Origin: Chrysomallon squamiferum | Lineage: Eukaryota; Animalia; Mollusca | DNA length: 64,000 nucleotides | Direction of reading: 5' to 3' | NCBI GenBank assembly: GCA_012295275.1 | Contig: CM022672.1 | Coordinates: forward strand, 27,962,001 to 28,026,000 | Position numbers and translations under genes: made by a program | In this document: piece after piece, positions 1 through 17,591 of the stretch | How the letters are laid out: each line of letters opens with the position of its first letter | How positions within the stretch are numbered: the stretch's first letter is position 1 | Notes under the pieces: model-generated | Told to the model about the DNA's origin: nothing | Database searches by the model: none | What the model saw: the letters and a program-made list of their open reading frames with translations, nothing else

Positions 1-207
1 AAGAAACTTGAAAGTTCTGCAATTATTAGTCTTGTTTGAAACATTGTTATATCATCTTTCTGATAAAATTTCAAATTTATTATCAGTAAATATTCTCGGA
101 ACTACAAAAAAGTGTTTCAGACATTAATTTTCAGCTTCACTAGTTAATAACTATTAATTTTTCTGAAAATCCTCCTGTTAGAAATATTATTTTTGGTTTG
201 TTTTCAG

Positions 208-3200
208 GATCCAGTACATTCATTCACTGGTGGTTTAGACAAAACATTAAAAATGTATGATTTCAATGCAACAGCAGGTATCAGACATTTTAGTTTGTAA
301 AATATTTTTAGTTGTTTGACTGATAATAAAATCTATTTCCTTTTAAATTATATAAGAAAATAATAAATCAGAGAATGAACGTGTAACAAAATATTGCCGA
401 TTTAATTAAAATATTGCTGATTAAACTATTAGTTTTGTTTTCATGAAAGGTGAAGATTCATCAACTAATAATAAATATAAAAAGCCTGAACAAAAAAATC
501 ACAAAAGCAATTTACTGTATATATATTTCATTTGAATTGCTTCATCAAGAATTCAGACAGTCTCAGAACTGTAATGATCATTTCAAATGTTGTAATTTTA
601 CAATTAACAGTTTCAGCTCCAGCTCTGGTATATGTAATTTTTCAACTAAAAACAAATAAAAAAATATTTTCTGTACTTCCCTGTTATTTTCTTCTGTTAT
701 ATTAAAATGTACATGTGATATGAAAACAAATAAAAGTAAATTATATTTGACGTAAGCTGCTTCGCCTAAATTTAAATGCTGTTTTTAGCAATTAGAAAAA
801 GTTACTTAATAAAATTTTAACTGTGAGTATTGTTTTCATTTTGGTCAGAGACTGTTGTAGGAAAACATGAAGCACCTATCAGGTGTGTGGAGTACTGTTC
901 TGATGAAAATGTCATTGTCACTGGAAGCTGGGATTCTACTGTCAAACTCTGGGATCCAAGAGCTCCTTGTTGCTCTGGTTCTTTTGCACAACCAGATAAG
1001 GTTGTAGTTTTTTTAACATTCTTAATACAAATGCCATTATTCTCTTCTAATTTTGATAGTGACTGATTAATTAAATTTAATTTTAAATAATAAAGAAAAC
1101 AGTTAAACCAGACAGATGTGTGTAATGGATGGGTGCATGCATTCACTTCTTACACTGAATTTATAATTATCATTGTTTTGACTAACTTTTTTTTTTTTTT
1201 TTTTCAGTAATGTCAGTGTCATGAGGACATTTTGTATTATTTAAAGGGTTTAGAGCAGCCAGTCTGCTGCAGGGGGTTTTAACTAATGTATTTTATGAAG
1301 AGAATAAATAATCAAATATATCCTTAAATACTAAGTCTGCCTCAAAAATGTTATTGCCTGGCCTTGAGTGCTTGTTAAAAAAGGTTGAAAATAACTGCTT
1401 TAGAGAATATAAAAAGGTTAAAACCCCTTGCATTAAATATATACACATTATTAATTTTGTATTATAAATGTGTGACCAGGTGTACACGCTGGCAGTGTGT
1501 GGGGACCGGCTGGTTGTAGGGACGAAAGGAAGGCGTATTCTAGTGTGGGATCTGAGAAACATGGGCTATGTTCAGCAGAAACGTGAATCAAGTCTGAAAT
1601 ATCAAACAAGATGTATTCGAACATTCCCAAATAAGCAGGGATATGTCTTAAGTTCTATAGAAGGTAAGCTTTCTTGTATCTTTCAACAAAAAAATTAGAA
1701 ACTAAACATGGTTTTGATAATAAAATACCAGTACATTTTTACTGATTTGGGGATTTGTGTATAAACCCTCAAATATGTTTTCATTTGTCAACCAAAGAAG
1801 AGAAAAATTAATAAATCATAGTAGAAAACAGTTTTTTTATATATTTTTTCTGAAGAATCCTTTCATAAAGCTTGCTCAGTTAGGATAAAACAACTGCACA
1901 ATTGCCAATTTTTCCTGTTGTTTTCATTGTGCTTAGCCATGCATCAGAAGAACATTCATGACATCAGCTTTACTTATCTAATATGTTATCTCATATTAAA
2001 ATTAACTATGAATAAGTTTTGGATCATTTAAAAGTAGGATAGACAATGATTTACATGTAAACAGTGCAGTTTAGTTGCTATGATCAGGCTAAGAGGAAAT
2101 AATTATTGGCCAGTTTATTGCCACCAATTAGTAGCTGCAACACTTTCCTGGAGCAACTCTAATGATTAGCTGACTTTGTGTATTACAGAGGATTAGATTA
2201 AATATCAAAACCTATTTAATTCATTCTTGCTGAAACAATATCCAGATTTATTTTCTCAAAGTTTCATGGCTTAAGGTGCTGAAAATGCATGGTTGCCAGG
2301 GACATTTTATGGTATAAATGGCTACCCACAGTTGGCTAACTGATTCTTTGCATTTGCAATAGTAAATTCTAAAAAGATCATATCTATATCAGTTTTATCC
2401 AGTTTGCTTGAAGACAGAGTGCCTCTGTTTCTCCAAAATATTTGATTTTGTATCAATATAGTCTTAAATTTTTTTTATTTTTTTTTTAAATTTATTTATG
2501 GATAATGAATATTTGTGTTGTTATGAAAGGAAATATTTTTGTACTAAATATTTGTAGCAATTTTGCAGTTGGACTGAACATTTTATTTTGGAAATAGTTA
2601 TAACTTTGGTATTTTTGAAAATGAATTTGATTTTGAGATGTCATTTGTTTATAAAAATATTTTCCTTTATGATAGAATGTATATATTATATTGAATCCTT
2701 TTATTTTTATTTTAAAGTTAAGATTTCTTCTTCTTGAATGAAATTCATTATATATTTGTACTTGAGTACTTGATACAATTTATTGCATATTAAAATATTG
2801 TTTTCATAACAAATCCTAAAATAAATTTAGATTAATATGAGGTAACTGATTGATACAAAATTGATTGCTAGTATTAAAAGCTATAGTGCAATTATAAAAA
2901 GAATTACATCCCTAAAATAATTTTTCTAGTATTACACATTTTTTAATGAAAAAAAACACTGTGTTGATTATCCGTATGTATAATTTTTCTTACTGACAAA
3001 ATTTGTATTGACAATTCAGGAAGAGTGGCAGTTGAGTATTTGGATCCTAGTCCAGAAATACAGAAAAAGAAATATGCTTTCAAATGTCACAGAATAAAAG
3101 AAAATGGCCAGGAACTAATATATCCTGTCAATGCTATAGCCTTTCATGCAAAATACAACACATTTGCTACTGGAGGTTCTGATGGTTATGTTAACATCTG

Positions 3201-3851
3201 GGATGGATTTAACAAGAAAAGACTTTGTCAATTTCATAGGTATTTATTTCCAAATTATGTTGTAAATAATGATCTAAGCTTTATTTATTGTGTTCAGCAG
3301 TAATGGGTGTCAGGTCTGAAATATTAAGCAGTGATTTTTTTTTTTCAAATGTACAGAACTGTTTGAAGTGGTTCAGAGAAATCTTCAGCATGTTGCCATT
3401 CATAATTACAGCTGAGGTTTCTCTAACTAGTGATATTTATTCTTTAATAAATAAATTGTTGTGTAAAGTTATCTATAACTAAATTTCCATTCACATAGCA
3501 TTTTTAATAAATTACATCACATGAGAATAAAGAAAGGTACGACAAATGTCAACTCATAAACATTCTGAAAATGGTATTGACAATCTTAATATTTTGTAAC
3601 ATATTTTTTTAACAATTTGTAACACTATATATTTATGAATATATAATCTGCATAGGTGTATTAATATATAATAAATTGTAATATTTTGCAGGTACCCAAC
3701 AAGCATCTCCTCATTAGCATTTAGCCATGATGGGATGGTTTTGGCAATTGCATCATCATACATGTTTGAAAATGGTGAGGAAGATGATGTACATGAGAAC
3801 TCTGTGTATGTCCGCAACGTCAGTGACCAGGAAACTAAACCCAAATCATAG
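208..3851 (+). CDS. BUB3: Mitotic checkpoint protein BUB3 (WD40); 5' exons lie upstream of the window
   Basis: Five GT-AG exons with consistent phases: 208-277, 849-1000, 1480-1663, 3020-3239, 3692-3851 (TAG). The spliced peptide [18 protein letters not shown]...[10 protein letters not shown]...[13 protein letters not shown]...[26 protein letters not shown]...KKYAFKCHR...[35 protein letters not shown]...ETKPKS closely matches the recalled BUB3 sequence. Confidence 0.97.
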
Positions 3852-6399
3852 GAATGAATGAGAAATTCTCTTCATCAACATTACCATTAAAACATTACAA
3901 GGACATCACCTTGCAATCAGTTCATTATTATTCTTGTGAGTATCTGTACTGACTCCTCAGATATCATGATTTGCCAATACCCTTCAGTTACCACTTCAGC
4001 AATTACAATACACTGCTGAACAGAATCTCGGCTATACTGTATCATGTTTTCATCAATCTAGTTTCATGTTTAGTATTGTTTGCTTCTGCTTCATTTCAAA
4101 TTTTGCTGTTAAACCGGTTTATAATGAAACGGTTAAGAGTGTGTCTTACCCTTGTGGAAATGAGGCTTCATTCAGAATTAAATAAAAAATAGTTTAACAA
4201 CAAGTAGAAAATGCAGAATCATAGTAATTCAAATTCCATTTCATGTCTGAGACTCATGGAAAAATACTTTTCATTTAGTAATATGTTGAGAAATCAGGAT
4301 ATGCTTAAAGTTGAAGAAGATGATTTAAAAATTCCACATTACATATGAGCATTTAACAGATGACAACCATTAAAGATAACATTTGGAAATTATATCCAGA
4401 CATTATATTACAGAGAATTATTGTCAGTTGATTTTTAACTAGAGTACAGTTTCTTATGGATATTTGTTTGTTTATATACATACTATAATTCTGACTGATT
4501 TGGTAATTTATTTACATGCTACAAACTACAGTATTACTGCACAAGAAGTAACTTCTGTATTCTATTGTTAGAAACATGAACATAAAGTGTTTCTGATTAT
4601 ACTTAATCTTTTATCACAATCATTAAATACATAATTTGTTTATTTTTTACTTGCCTTGAAAATAGAAATAAAATATATATTGCCTTATTAATAATTTAAA
4701 CTATTGGGAAAAACGGTTGTACTTAAGTAAATAAATAAATAATTTATCTATGCTATCAGTATGTGATTGTATGAACAAAATCACTAGCTATATTTTATAC
4801 TCTTAACACATGATTGTTTTATTTGTTTCTGAACTTCTAATTTAGTGGAAATACCAGAGACACATTTTTTTTCAAGAAAATTATCTTGGTTTAAAACAAG
4901 TCAGCAATTTCTTATTTTCTGTTCTTTTTGGTGCTCTATTCGTGTTTACATGGTAAAATTAACTGTAATTTTATGTACATAAAACACTTTAAACACAAAA
5001 TAATTATTTGAATGTTAATTTTTGTTTTGTTTTTTATTTTCCTTTTTTATATAAACAAAATAACTTAGAAAATAATCCTGAAAATTTAAACTATCGTCTG
5101 AAAATGAAGGGAGGTAACTATTACCTACTAGATTACTATTATTAAAAAGATATAGCAAAGTTATATTCCAAAAATTTTATCACAATAATATAAAGCTAAA
5201 TAAGAAAATAAAAAATATATAAATTATATCAAAACATTTTCATTTTCTTTTCTTAAATTTTTGGAAATATTTCCTGTCATGCCTCTGCTTGGGTTTGTTA
5301 TTTTATTTCTTTGCTTTATTAGTGTAGGTTGATGGAAAGTGTTACAGTAGACCCTTAGTGGTATAAAAGATGTATTGAGGATATTTATTCATACCACTTG
5401 TTGTTTTCTATCAAGAAATAAAGAATAGTTTGGAATTTCAAAACCACTTCATCATAGCTTTTGATATGTCTGTCTTATGTTATCACCAAATACATGACAT
5501 TGTATAATGTTAACTGAAATAAAATGTTGAAATTTATAATAGTATTTTTATCTATCATATGCAGTTTGGGGCAATTTGTTTATAATTATTATCATCAATT
5601 TTTTTAATTATTTGTAACTTTTTATAATTCATTTAATATAATTAATTTTTTTTGTTTTAGGAATAACTGATGACTAAAGTGTTTACAAACTAACCAAACA
5701 TCTATATATGTACAAGCAAAGGTATAATGTGAAGTATAATTGGATAATAACAAATCATTACAAAAAAAATAAAAAAATTTATTGAACAATATTTATTTCA
5801 TAATGCATAATTCTATGACAATATTATTTACAGGGAGATCTGTTTCAGATAACAAAAACTTTTTTGTTTTATTTGGTGATCAACCTTTGTGATTTATAAA
5901 GTTTGACAATAAACTAATATGCTTAAATAGTTTCCATTTTCTTTATTTATTTATTGCAATTTTAAAATTAATTTTCTTTATATAAAATATAATGATAAAG
6001 TCTCCTAGCACATTTTGTGTTTGTTATATATTGTCATTCTTTATTATTAACTCTTCACTGGTAAAAAATAAAAATAAAATAATAATAATAATTCAACAGA
6101 GTAATATAATTCTTGTTAAATGTTCTGGCTCCATCAAGCTGGCGTATAGTTTTAATCTATGGTGCTAGTTTCAAACACGTTTAAATTGGTGTACTCTCAT
6201 AGATTTAATATATAATTCTTTCTATATCTATTCTTCTTTCTTTCTTTCTTATTTGTTTTTATTATTATTATTATTATTTTTTTTTTAATACAAACTTCTC
6301 AAATAGAAAATATAGCAGGACTCCTTTCTCTGTGTAAATCAATGCAGCATTTTGAACAACTAATATTAATATTAAAACGTTTTGCAGTTTTATTGTTTT

Positions 6400-7228
6400 T
6401 TAAATTGTACAATAGTGTAGCAGAACATCTGGATTGCCATCGAAGACGTTACGGGTTAAATCAAACACGGCGGTAGTTGGAATGATGGCGGAGAAGCGAT
6501 ACGTTGATGTTACTGAAAATAAAAAAATAAAAAATAAAAATGCACAACAAAACGTAGAAAATTTAATACAGGTGCAGCCCAAAAACTTTTTGAAGTGAAG
6601 TTAATCTGTATATTAACACTTATTAGATGTAAAATATATGTTTTATTACTATTATATTTTTAGTTGTATACTGATGTGAAAAAAAGGAAACCCGCACCAT
6701 CCATCGTAGACTAATGATAACAAAATAAGGCCTCTTGTATGTGACTTGCTCGCCTTGGCTGGAACGGATTAAAAGAAAGCGCGAGGATTTCCTTTCTGGC
6801 TGTCTGGAAATAATAAATAAAATGGTGTGTGTGTGAGAAAGTTTCTGTTTCAGATATATGACCTCTTAAAAAAAAATTATATATAAATAATTTTAAACCG
6901 ATACCAAATAGCAGCAGCGGTAACAACAACATCAAAATTCAAAACTTTTATTTAAAAATGCATGTAGCAACCATGATCTTAACTGGTGTAATTACAGTCA
7001 TTTTGTCTAGATATTCAATACATCAAAATGCTAACAATATTTCAAATTGCATTAAGTCTTCTTTATATATACGAAATATAACTATATATTATATAAAAAG
7101 GATATATATAAACTTACCTGCGATAAATACAGAGCTAGGAAACCGCAGATCATACCTCAGGTGCAGAGAGCGATAACGAACCAAACGAGATGTCTTTTTA
7201 CATTCACCAGGTAGAATCTAATCACCAT
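6400..7228 (-). pseudogene. Probable spliced pseudogene of a type II membrane protein (family unassigned)
   Basis: Three CpG-richer blocks have canonical splice sites and compatible phases. 7228-7118 reads MVIRFYLVNVKRHLVWFVIALCT*GMICGFLALYLSQ then gtaag. 6803-6692 reads TARKEILALSFNPFQPRRASHIQEALFCYH*STMDGA. 6512-~6400 reads VTSTYRFSAIIPTTAVFDLTRNVFDGNPDVLLHY. In-frame stops: TGA at 7159-7157 and TAG at 6713-6711. Confidence 0.4.
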
Positions 7229-8282
7229 CGCGAGAAAGCGTCCGATTAGTTTTACAGCGTTCTGCGAGTAAATAGGAGTTTGTGAATCAGCTGCGACGGA
7301 GTTTGGAGTCTGGTTAAGGTCAGTTTGATCATCTTAAAAATTATTGAATACAGCAGACTCAGCAGGAGAAACAAAACAAAAAAAATGATCCTCAATTGAT
7401 GGTATTTTCTAAAAGACAACATCTAAGAATTATTTTCTTACAGTTTAATATATTTTTTTTTTTGTTGTCTTTTTTATCATTTATTTATTGTCTTTTTTTT
7501 TTTAATGAATTTTGCTCCGTTAGTTACATATGATTAATTCGGACCGAAGAAATTTGATTTTTTACATTTTGTGATTTTAGTATTAAATTATACGATGAAA
7601 CTAACGTTTCTTCATAAAAAAACAACAAAAAAACCCTCAGATTTCTTCATAAATATAAGTGTTAGAGGTTCCTCAGTTGTTGTAACATGTATATTTACAA
7701 AAACCTCGATATGCCGTCGTATCACACCCTGCTGGTTAACTGCTGTAAAAGCTATGTAAACAAGTACTGATAATCTAATATGTGAGTTTTAAAATCAACA
7801 TATATTTTCTCTTATTTATTTACTTCATCAAAGAGCTAAGTCAAAAAGAAATATAAAGCAGATATATATAACAAACCAGAAATATCATTAAAAACAGTGA
7901 TCTAATCCTTCATACCTACTCCTTGATTTGCCTTTAAAACCCTCATATTTGCCTTTTTCATATTTTCACTGCAAAATCCTGGCTCCGTCTCTAAATTCAT
8001 TTAGCGAAGTTAAAACATTAATGTATTGTTTTCGATATGAGCGACACATCTAATTTTCAATCATGCTGTTAGTTATTTCTGATTTAATTTGTGAATATCA
8101 AATATTTTAAATTTCAGATTCTGTACATTTTATTCAGTATGTACGTGATGAAGAAAGTAATATATGCTAATAGAATAATAATAATGTGACAAATGAAGCA
8201 CACTCTCACATTATAAGGCTTTTTTATATCGATTTCCTGTCGTGTGTGTATATGTATACACATTCCCACACAAACACACACA

Positions 8283-8319
<37 letters not shown>

Positions 8320-9079
8320 ATGCATATGTGAGAGAGAGTATGTTAAAATGAATAAATGTTTCAGTAAATAAAGAAGAAAAATCTTGGATCACATAAAAAC
8401 ACATTACCCCGTCTCTCTTGCAGTGATGTTAATTAAGGCAGGAAAGTAATGAAAACCATTCCGTACTGCTTAATGAACAACACACAAAGATAAATACATA
8501 TATTTCATTGATTATTCGAAAGCGGGTAAGCTAATTATCTGGCATACGTAAAAGCAGAATTCTGGCATCCTGTTTTTTTTTACAAATTACATGATTCCAT
8601 CTGAACAAACCTTCCTATCTCACAACTAACTACACTGTCAAATCAATAAGAACGGGTTGAATCGATTGGGTGACATTTCTGATGAAAATCTGTTGCCTAG
8701 CAATGTTCTGTACTTTGCTGACCTTTGGCTTTTGCTACAAGCAAATAACAAGAAAGAGAGATATTTGAGATCATTTTGAATGTAAAATTCATCTACAAAT
8801 CAAGAAAATATTATTAGATAATTCGTCGTTGTTTTTTGAGAGGATGTGTGGGGTTGGTTTTTTTTGTTTTTGTTTGTTGTTGGGTTTTTTGTTATTATTA
8901 ATAAAATTGGTATTTGTAATATCGATGTCCTTCTGATTATTAGAATTATTGTAATTCTTAATAACTATTATTATTAGGTCGGGAAGATTTCTTCTATTTT
9001 GATATTAATTTGTTATACTGGTGTTAAAATAGGTTAAATTTGTTCCTGATAAAATACTAAAACAACAGAGAATACGAGA

Positions 9080-9084
<5 letters not shown>

Positions 9085-9165
<81 letters not shown>
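9085..9165. repeat. (AG)n microsatellite, about 40 units
   Basis: Perfect AG run read directly from the sequence. Confidence 0.95.
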
Positions 9166-9168
<3 letters not shown>

Positions 9169-10355
9169 TACTCTTATGCAAAATAAAATATTATAAATTA
9201 TTAAATAATCAATAATCTTGAATTCCACTAAAACCATACTGCACACGACAATAAAAAGAAGCGGAAATCTCTAAAATCCAAGATAAAAGCATTTTCAAAA
9301 GATGTTTTATTTTTATTTCGTTATTTTTAAATATTTTAAAACAGTAATAATTCAACACCTTTTATTACTAAATATTTATTCATTCAACATATTTTAAAAC
9401 AGTAATACTTTCGTGATTTTACTGGACTAAATGTTATTATCAAATCAATGATACGACATGGATATCATTTAATACTTTCACCTAATTTGCTCTATTACAA
9501 AGAATATGTATATATAAGAATTCGTTAATAATAATAATTGTAATAATAGTAATAATAATAATAATTTGTATAGCAATAGTAGTAGAAGTAGAGTAATAAT
9601 AAGTCACATTATAGTTTTCTCTTCTTCTGCCCTCTCATGTTTCTCAGTGTTGTCGATATTGTAGGGATGACTCACAAATACCAAGTTAACCGAATATCAA
9701 CTCAAATAATATGTAGACAAAATTTTGAACAAACACAAAAATGTGGCTTAAAATGTATATAATTATATTTATGAAATTATTCAGTTTTATCACAATTTTA
9801 CAATATAATTAGAATAAATTAATCAGTTAATCAATAAAATTAATTATTTGTACAGTTAATCATTACACTGTTATCATGGCCAATTATTGGATACATTAAT
9901 GACATATTCACTAAATGTGAGATTACCCATTGTTCTAAAAAGTTCTATAAATTGGGGATACAGCATTTAAATAAAAACTATTCAATAAATATTATCAAAA
10001 GCACGCACTCACAAAAACATCGATTTGCTTTAAACCAAAACAGCTAACAATACTAGTTGAACTATTGTTACAAAACTAACACCACGGACACAAGTACTAC
10101 AAATTTACAGTTACTGATGATGATCATAAAGGGAATGCTAATACTGTTAACAAATAACACGAATAGTGATAAAATTTAAGGAATGTTTACCCTATAAATT
10201 GTTAAACAATTATACATTTCCTGCACCCAATATTACATTATAATAAATTATTTTAGTTATGATTGCTCAGAAATTGTGCTTATTTCACATTAGTTAAAAC
10301 ATGAGTATTTAAATAGCTGAGAGAAAGATCTACTTTAAAAACAAACAAAAAACAT

Positions 10356-13717
<3,362 letters not shown>

Positions 13718-15429
13718 GTTTCGAGCGAATATAATCCATTTTCCAAACCACATGTTGCCGGTGTCAATTTCTGCTAGTCATGATGTTGATCTTACTGCAC
13801 TGAGCACTGGCTCTTTATCTCGTTCCAAACGAAAATAACGAGATCGGTTATACGCATAATAAACCAAACGAACAGACGGATCACGCACGTCTGCTTACAG
13901 CCAACACAATAGCTGTTCGAAGCCACGTCCATAACTGAGACACATCCTACTACAGCTTATCACACAGGATAAAGAAAATAAAAGAAAGAAAGAAAAAAGC
14001 CAGCTTTATGATAAACACAAGAGAGAACCGTATCGTCAGCGGCAGAGTATTGACATTCTTTGTTCATTGCGCGTTGTCATGGTTCACTGGTTACTATGAG
14101 CAAACGAGGACGGACCTACTTTCCTAGTCTTGTACAAAAGAGACCCTATTTACAGCAGCAGCTGTGTTAGAGACCAAAAGTAATGAATTAAGTTGTCATA
14201 ATTTGGTAGTGCGTATGTGTCTGAATACATACGTTTTATAGAAAGTCAATACTGTTATTTCAGTAAATTATTACACAGCTATCGATTTATTTATGTATTC
14301 TTGGTAGAAGTATTTATTTAATTGTTTTCATTTACATTACCTTACTTATAAGATGCATTCATAAGCACTTAATCGATTGCGCACTCAGATTATTTTGTAC
14401 ACATTTCTGAATAGCTCAATTAGACCAGCGGCACGTAAACGTACAAAAGAGGAGAGAGAGGTGTGTGTGTGGTAAAATAAGGTTGGCTTTTGAAAACTAC
14501 AATACGCAGCTTCTCCAGAGTAATTTTCTCTTTGGGAAACGCAAGGTTGACTCCTAAAAATAAGTGTAAATATTTTTTTTAATGCTGATTTGAGTGATAA
14601 AATAAATAAATAAATAATAATAATAATAATAATAATAAATATATATGTATAATATCGATGTTGTCAGTCAAATAAATCCAAACTTATGATTTTTTTAATG
14701 CTATTTTATGAGATAGTCTTTGTCAAAGCCTATTTTATTCTGATAGGACCTAAAATGAAGAATAAATCAAGCGTCCAAAAGTCAGTAAAAGTACGTCAAA
14801 ACTAAATTTCAAAAGAAAACCTATCCTCTAAACAAACCAAAAAAATACAAAATAATAATAATTGAGATTATCCATTGTTATTTGTTAAAATAAAGTTATA
14901 AGGATTGGTAAGCAAATTTCTAACTCATAATTCTCCAGAGGATTCTTTTAAAAAGACATTGAAACAACAAACTATAAATACATTTATATTTTCGTATATC
15001 GGATCATTTCAAAACTGTTTCATTTTTTAGTTTGTATTGTTGGCCTCTCATAGCTGTTTATTGCAATATTTCCAGTGAGACAGGAAAACACCGCAAATAA
15101 ATAAATAAATAAAATGAAATAAAAATAACCTCGATTAATTCATAATAATAAAAAAAAAATAACGGATAAAATTAAATAGATTTAGTCATATTCTGTATTA
15201 TCCCTTCTCTCTGTGTCCACTTGAGAGTGTCTGAATATATAAGCTGGTAGATACCGAATATATTAATTTCCGAGATCATTATAAAATATTAAATATCCTC
15301 TTTAATTCGGGAGAAAAAAAAAAAAGAGAGGGAGAGAGGAAAGAACATGACACACACAACACACAAATACAGACACGCACATTCATACACATTTACATAT
15401 TACCACTCATAAACATTCATACTGTGCAC

Positions 15430-15472
<43 letters not shown>

Positions 15473-15779
15473 TACGTAGTGCTATAGCTGTGGAAGGTAT
15501 TTTGATATTCTGGGAAAATGAAATGTTTTCCTGAGACACAGTCAACCTATGATTCATTGAACTTTTTTTTTTTTTTTTTTTTTTCGTCTTCTAAAGTTCT
15601 TTTCTTTATATATATTACCAACATTACAAAAACCTACAAAAAATCTATTGTCACCAGCTTGAAGAAGTTTTGAAATTCCTTCCGAATATTTTAAAATAAT
15701 ATAAACAATATAAACAAACAAGGTTTAGAGTTTCTGAGAACGTTGCCTTTTTGGCGAAAAACATCCGGTTTAAAAATAG

Positions 15780-15846
15780 TATAAAAGCTGTTCATGTTAG
15801 CAGAAACATCAAACCAGTGCAGCAAGTTCACAGAACAAATTACCTT
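15780..15846 (+). promoter_or_regulatory. TATA box and short non-coding first exon of the EF-hand precursor gene
   Basis: TATAAAAG at 15780-15787. A donor GTAAGC starts at 15847 and a pyrimidine-rich intron runs to the acceptor TTTTCAG ending at 16340, 7 nt before the ATG at 16348. Confidence 0.65.
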
Positions 15847-16347
15847 GTAAGCATTTCTTGTCGCTTACTCTTAGTGATATCTCGTTATTTAATATTATTG
15901 TTTTAAAAACAAAAATAGCAGAGTTTTTGTTTAAATCTTCTCGTCAGTTGCACGAAGTTATATATGATTTCTATTTGCCTGTCGGTGCATCTGTTTATTT
16001 TTATTTCTTTTGACAGTTTACGTATTTACGGTCTGTCTGTGTATCTGACTGTTTTTGTTTATCTGTTTTTCGTTCTTTCTATTTTATTTCTGTAGTTGTT
16101 TTTAATATTTCTGTATTGTTTCTCTCTTCTTTTTCAATATATCTTTCTTTCATTTTTGTTTTTCTTTAACTCAGTAGGTTGTTTTTGTTTGTTTTGTTGT
16201 TGTTGTTTTTTTGGGGGGGTTGGGTCTACTATCATTTTTTTATTATTATTTATTTTTTTTATTTATAATTTTGTATTTTATTGAAGCGTAATATATGACC
16301 TGCCAAAAAATAATGTTTTCATTAAAAATATCGTTTTCAGCAATACA

Positions 16348-16767
16348 ATGGACGTCAGTGTAAAACTCTGTATCAGTGTCCTCTGTCTTCTGTCTGTGGC
16401 TCGTCTCACCACAGCCAGGTGTGAGGAACGGTGTTCCATTCTGTGCTCGACGTCATCACAGCCGGCGAGGCCGCGGTTCCGTCGTCCCCAGTTCAACAGG
16501 AACGGTGCACCTCCATGTCGCAGAGAATGCGTGTACGTGTGTAACGGTGAAATTCTACAAATACCTGATTATGTACAGCAGTGGAGAGATGTACAGGACA
16601 ACACCAAGATAAAGGTTAGTGTCCCATTTAAATTAAACAACAATAATTAAATATATATAAATAAATAAAAACGTAAGAAATAAATTTTCAACATAACAAC
16701 AGCAAACAATAACAGGAGAAAGTAAAAAAAAATAAAAATAAAAAAAAAAAATAAAAAAAATAAACAG

Positions 16768-16821
<54 letters not shown>

Positions 16822-17355
16822 TATAAGAAATAAAAAATAAAATAAAAATGAAAATAAGAAAAAGAATAACAATCCAACCAAATATAATAATAGCAGTAGT
16901 AGTAGTAGAAGTAGAGAGAGTAGCTGTAATAATAAGTAACTAACTAAGTTTCTTAATAAATAAATAAATAAAATGAATGCTACAATCCAGTTCAAGGAAT
17001 GGTTTACAAAACACATACTAAATTCCAGAATAATAAATGCATAATAAACAAACAAACACATTAAAACTGAACTCCTTAATTTATACCTTGACAATATTTT
17101 CCTATATTTGGGAAAAAAAATAAAATAAAAAAAAATAAAAACAATTTCGCTTTCAGATACGCACGGCAATAGATTGGGGCGAATAACCTGATTAAAAACA
17201 GACTGTCATTATTATTAGCTACACATCAGTTGACTTGATACTGGGATGACTGTATTATATATGCCGTGGTAGGCCATCGGAGACTCAAGTAAATTCAGAG
17301 AAAGAAAGAAAGTAATCAAATAAATTCTTGTATATTAATTCATACTCATTCTCTC

Positions 17356-17420
<65 letters not shown>

Positions 17421-17557
17421 GACACACACACACACAAAGAGAGGGATAAAAGTGTGTGAGTGTGTGTGAAAGTATCTACAGTCACTAAAGTATACCTCAC
17501 CAAAAAAAAAAAAAAAAAAAATTGAATTTTAACTTGTTTATTAAGAAATGTATTCTC

Positions 17558-17591
<34 letters not shown>

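Noticed and set aside
817-3844. Minus-strand ORFs at 817-1146, 1293-1562 and 3554-3844
   Set aside because: They are antisense shadows of BUB3 exons.
208-3851. RAE1 as the identity of the WD40 gene
   Set aside because: [34 protein letters not shown] and [15 protein letters not shown] are BUB3-type.
7157-7159. Selenocysteine TGA in the 7228 reading frame
   Set aside because: It falls within a transmembrane-like segment, a second TAG stop follows in the next exon, and no SECIS was recognised.
16633-17169. 178-aa hydrophobic minus-strand ORF and similar poly-Y/I/N/L, SLSL, CVCV, ERER ORFs (for example 13051, 20799, 23152, 25824, 28338, 53005)
   Set aside because: These are translations of (AAT)n, (AG)n, (GT)n and A-rich intronic or intergenic tracts.
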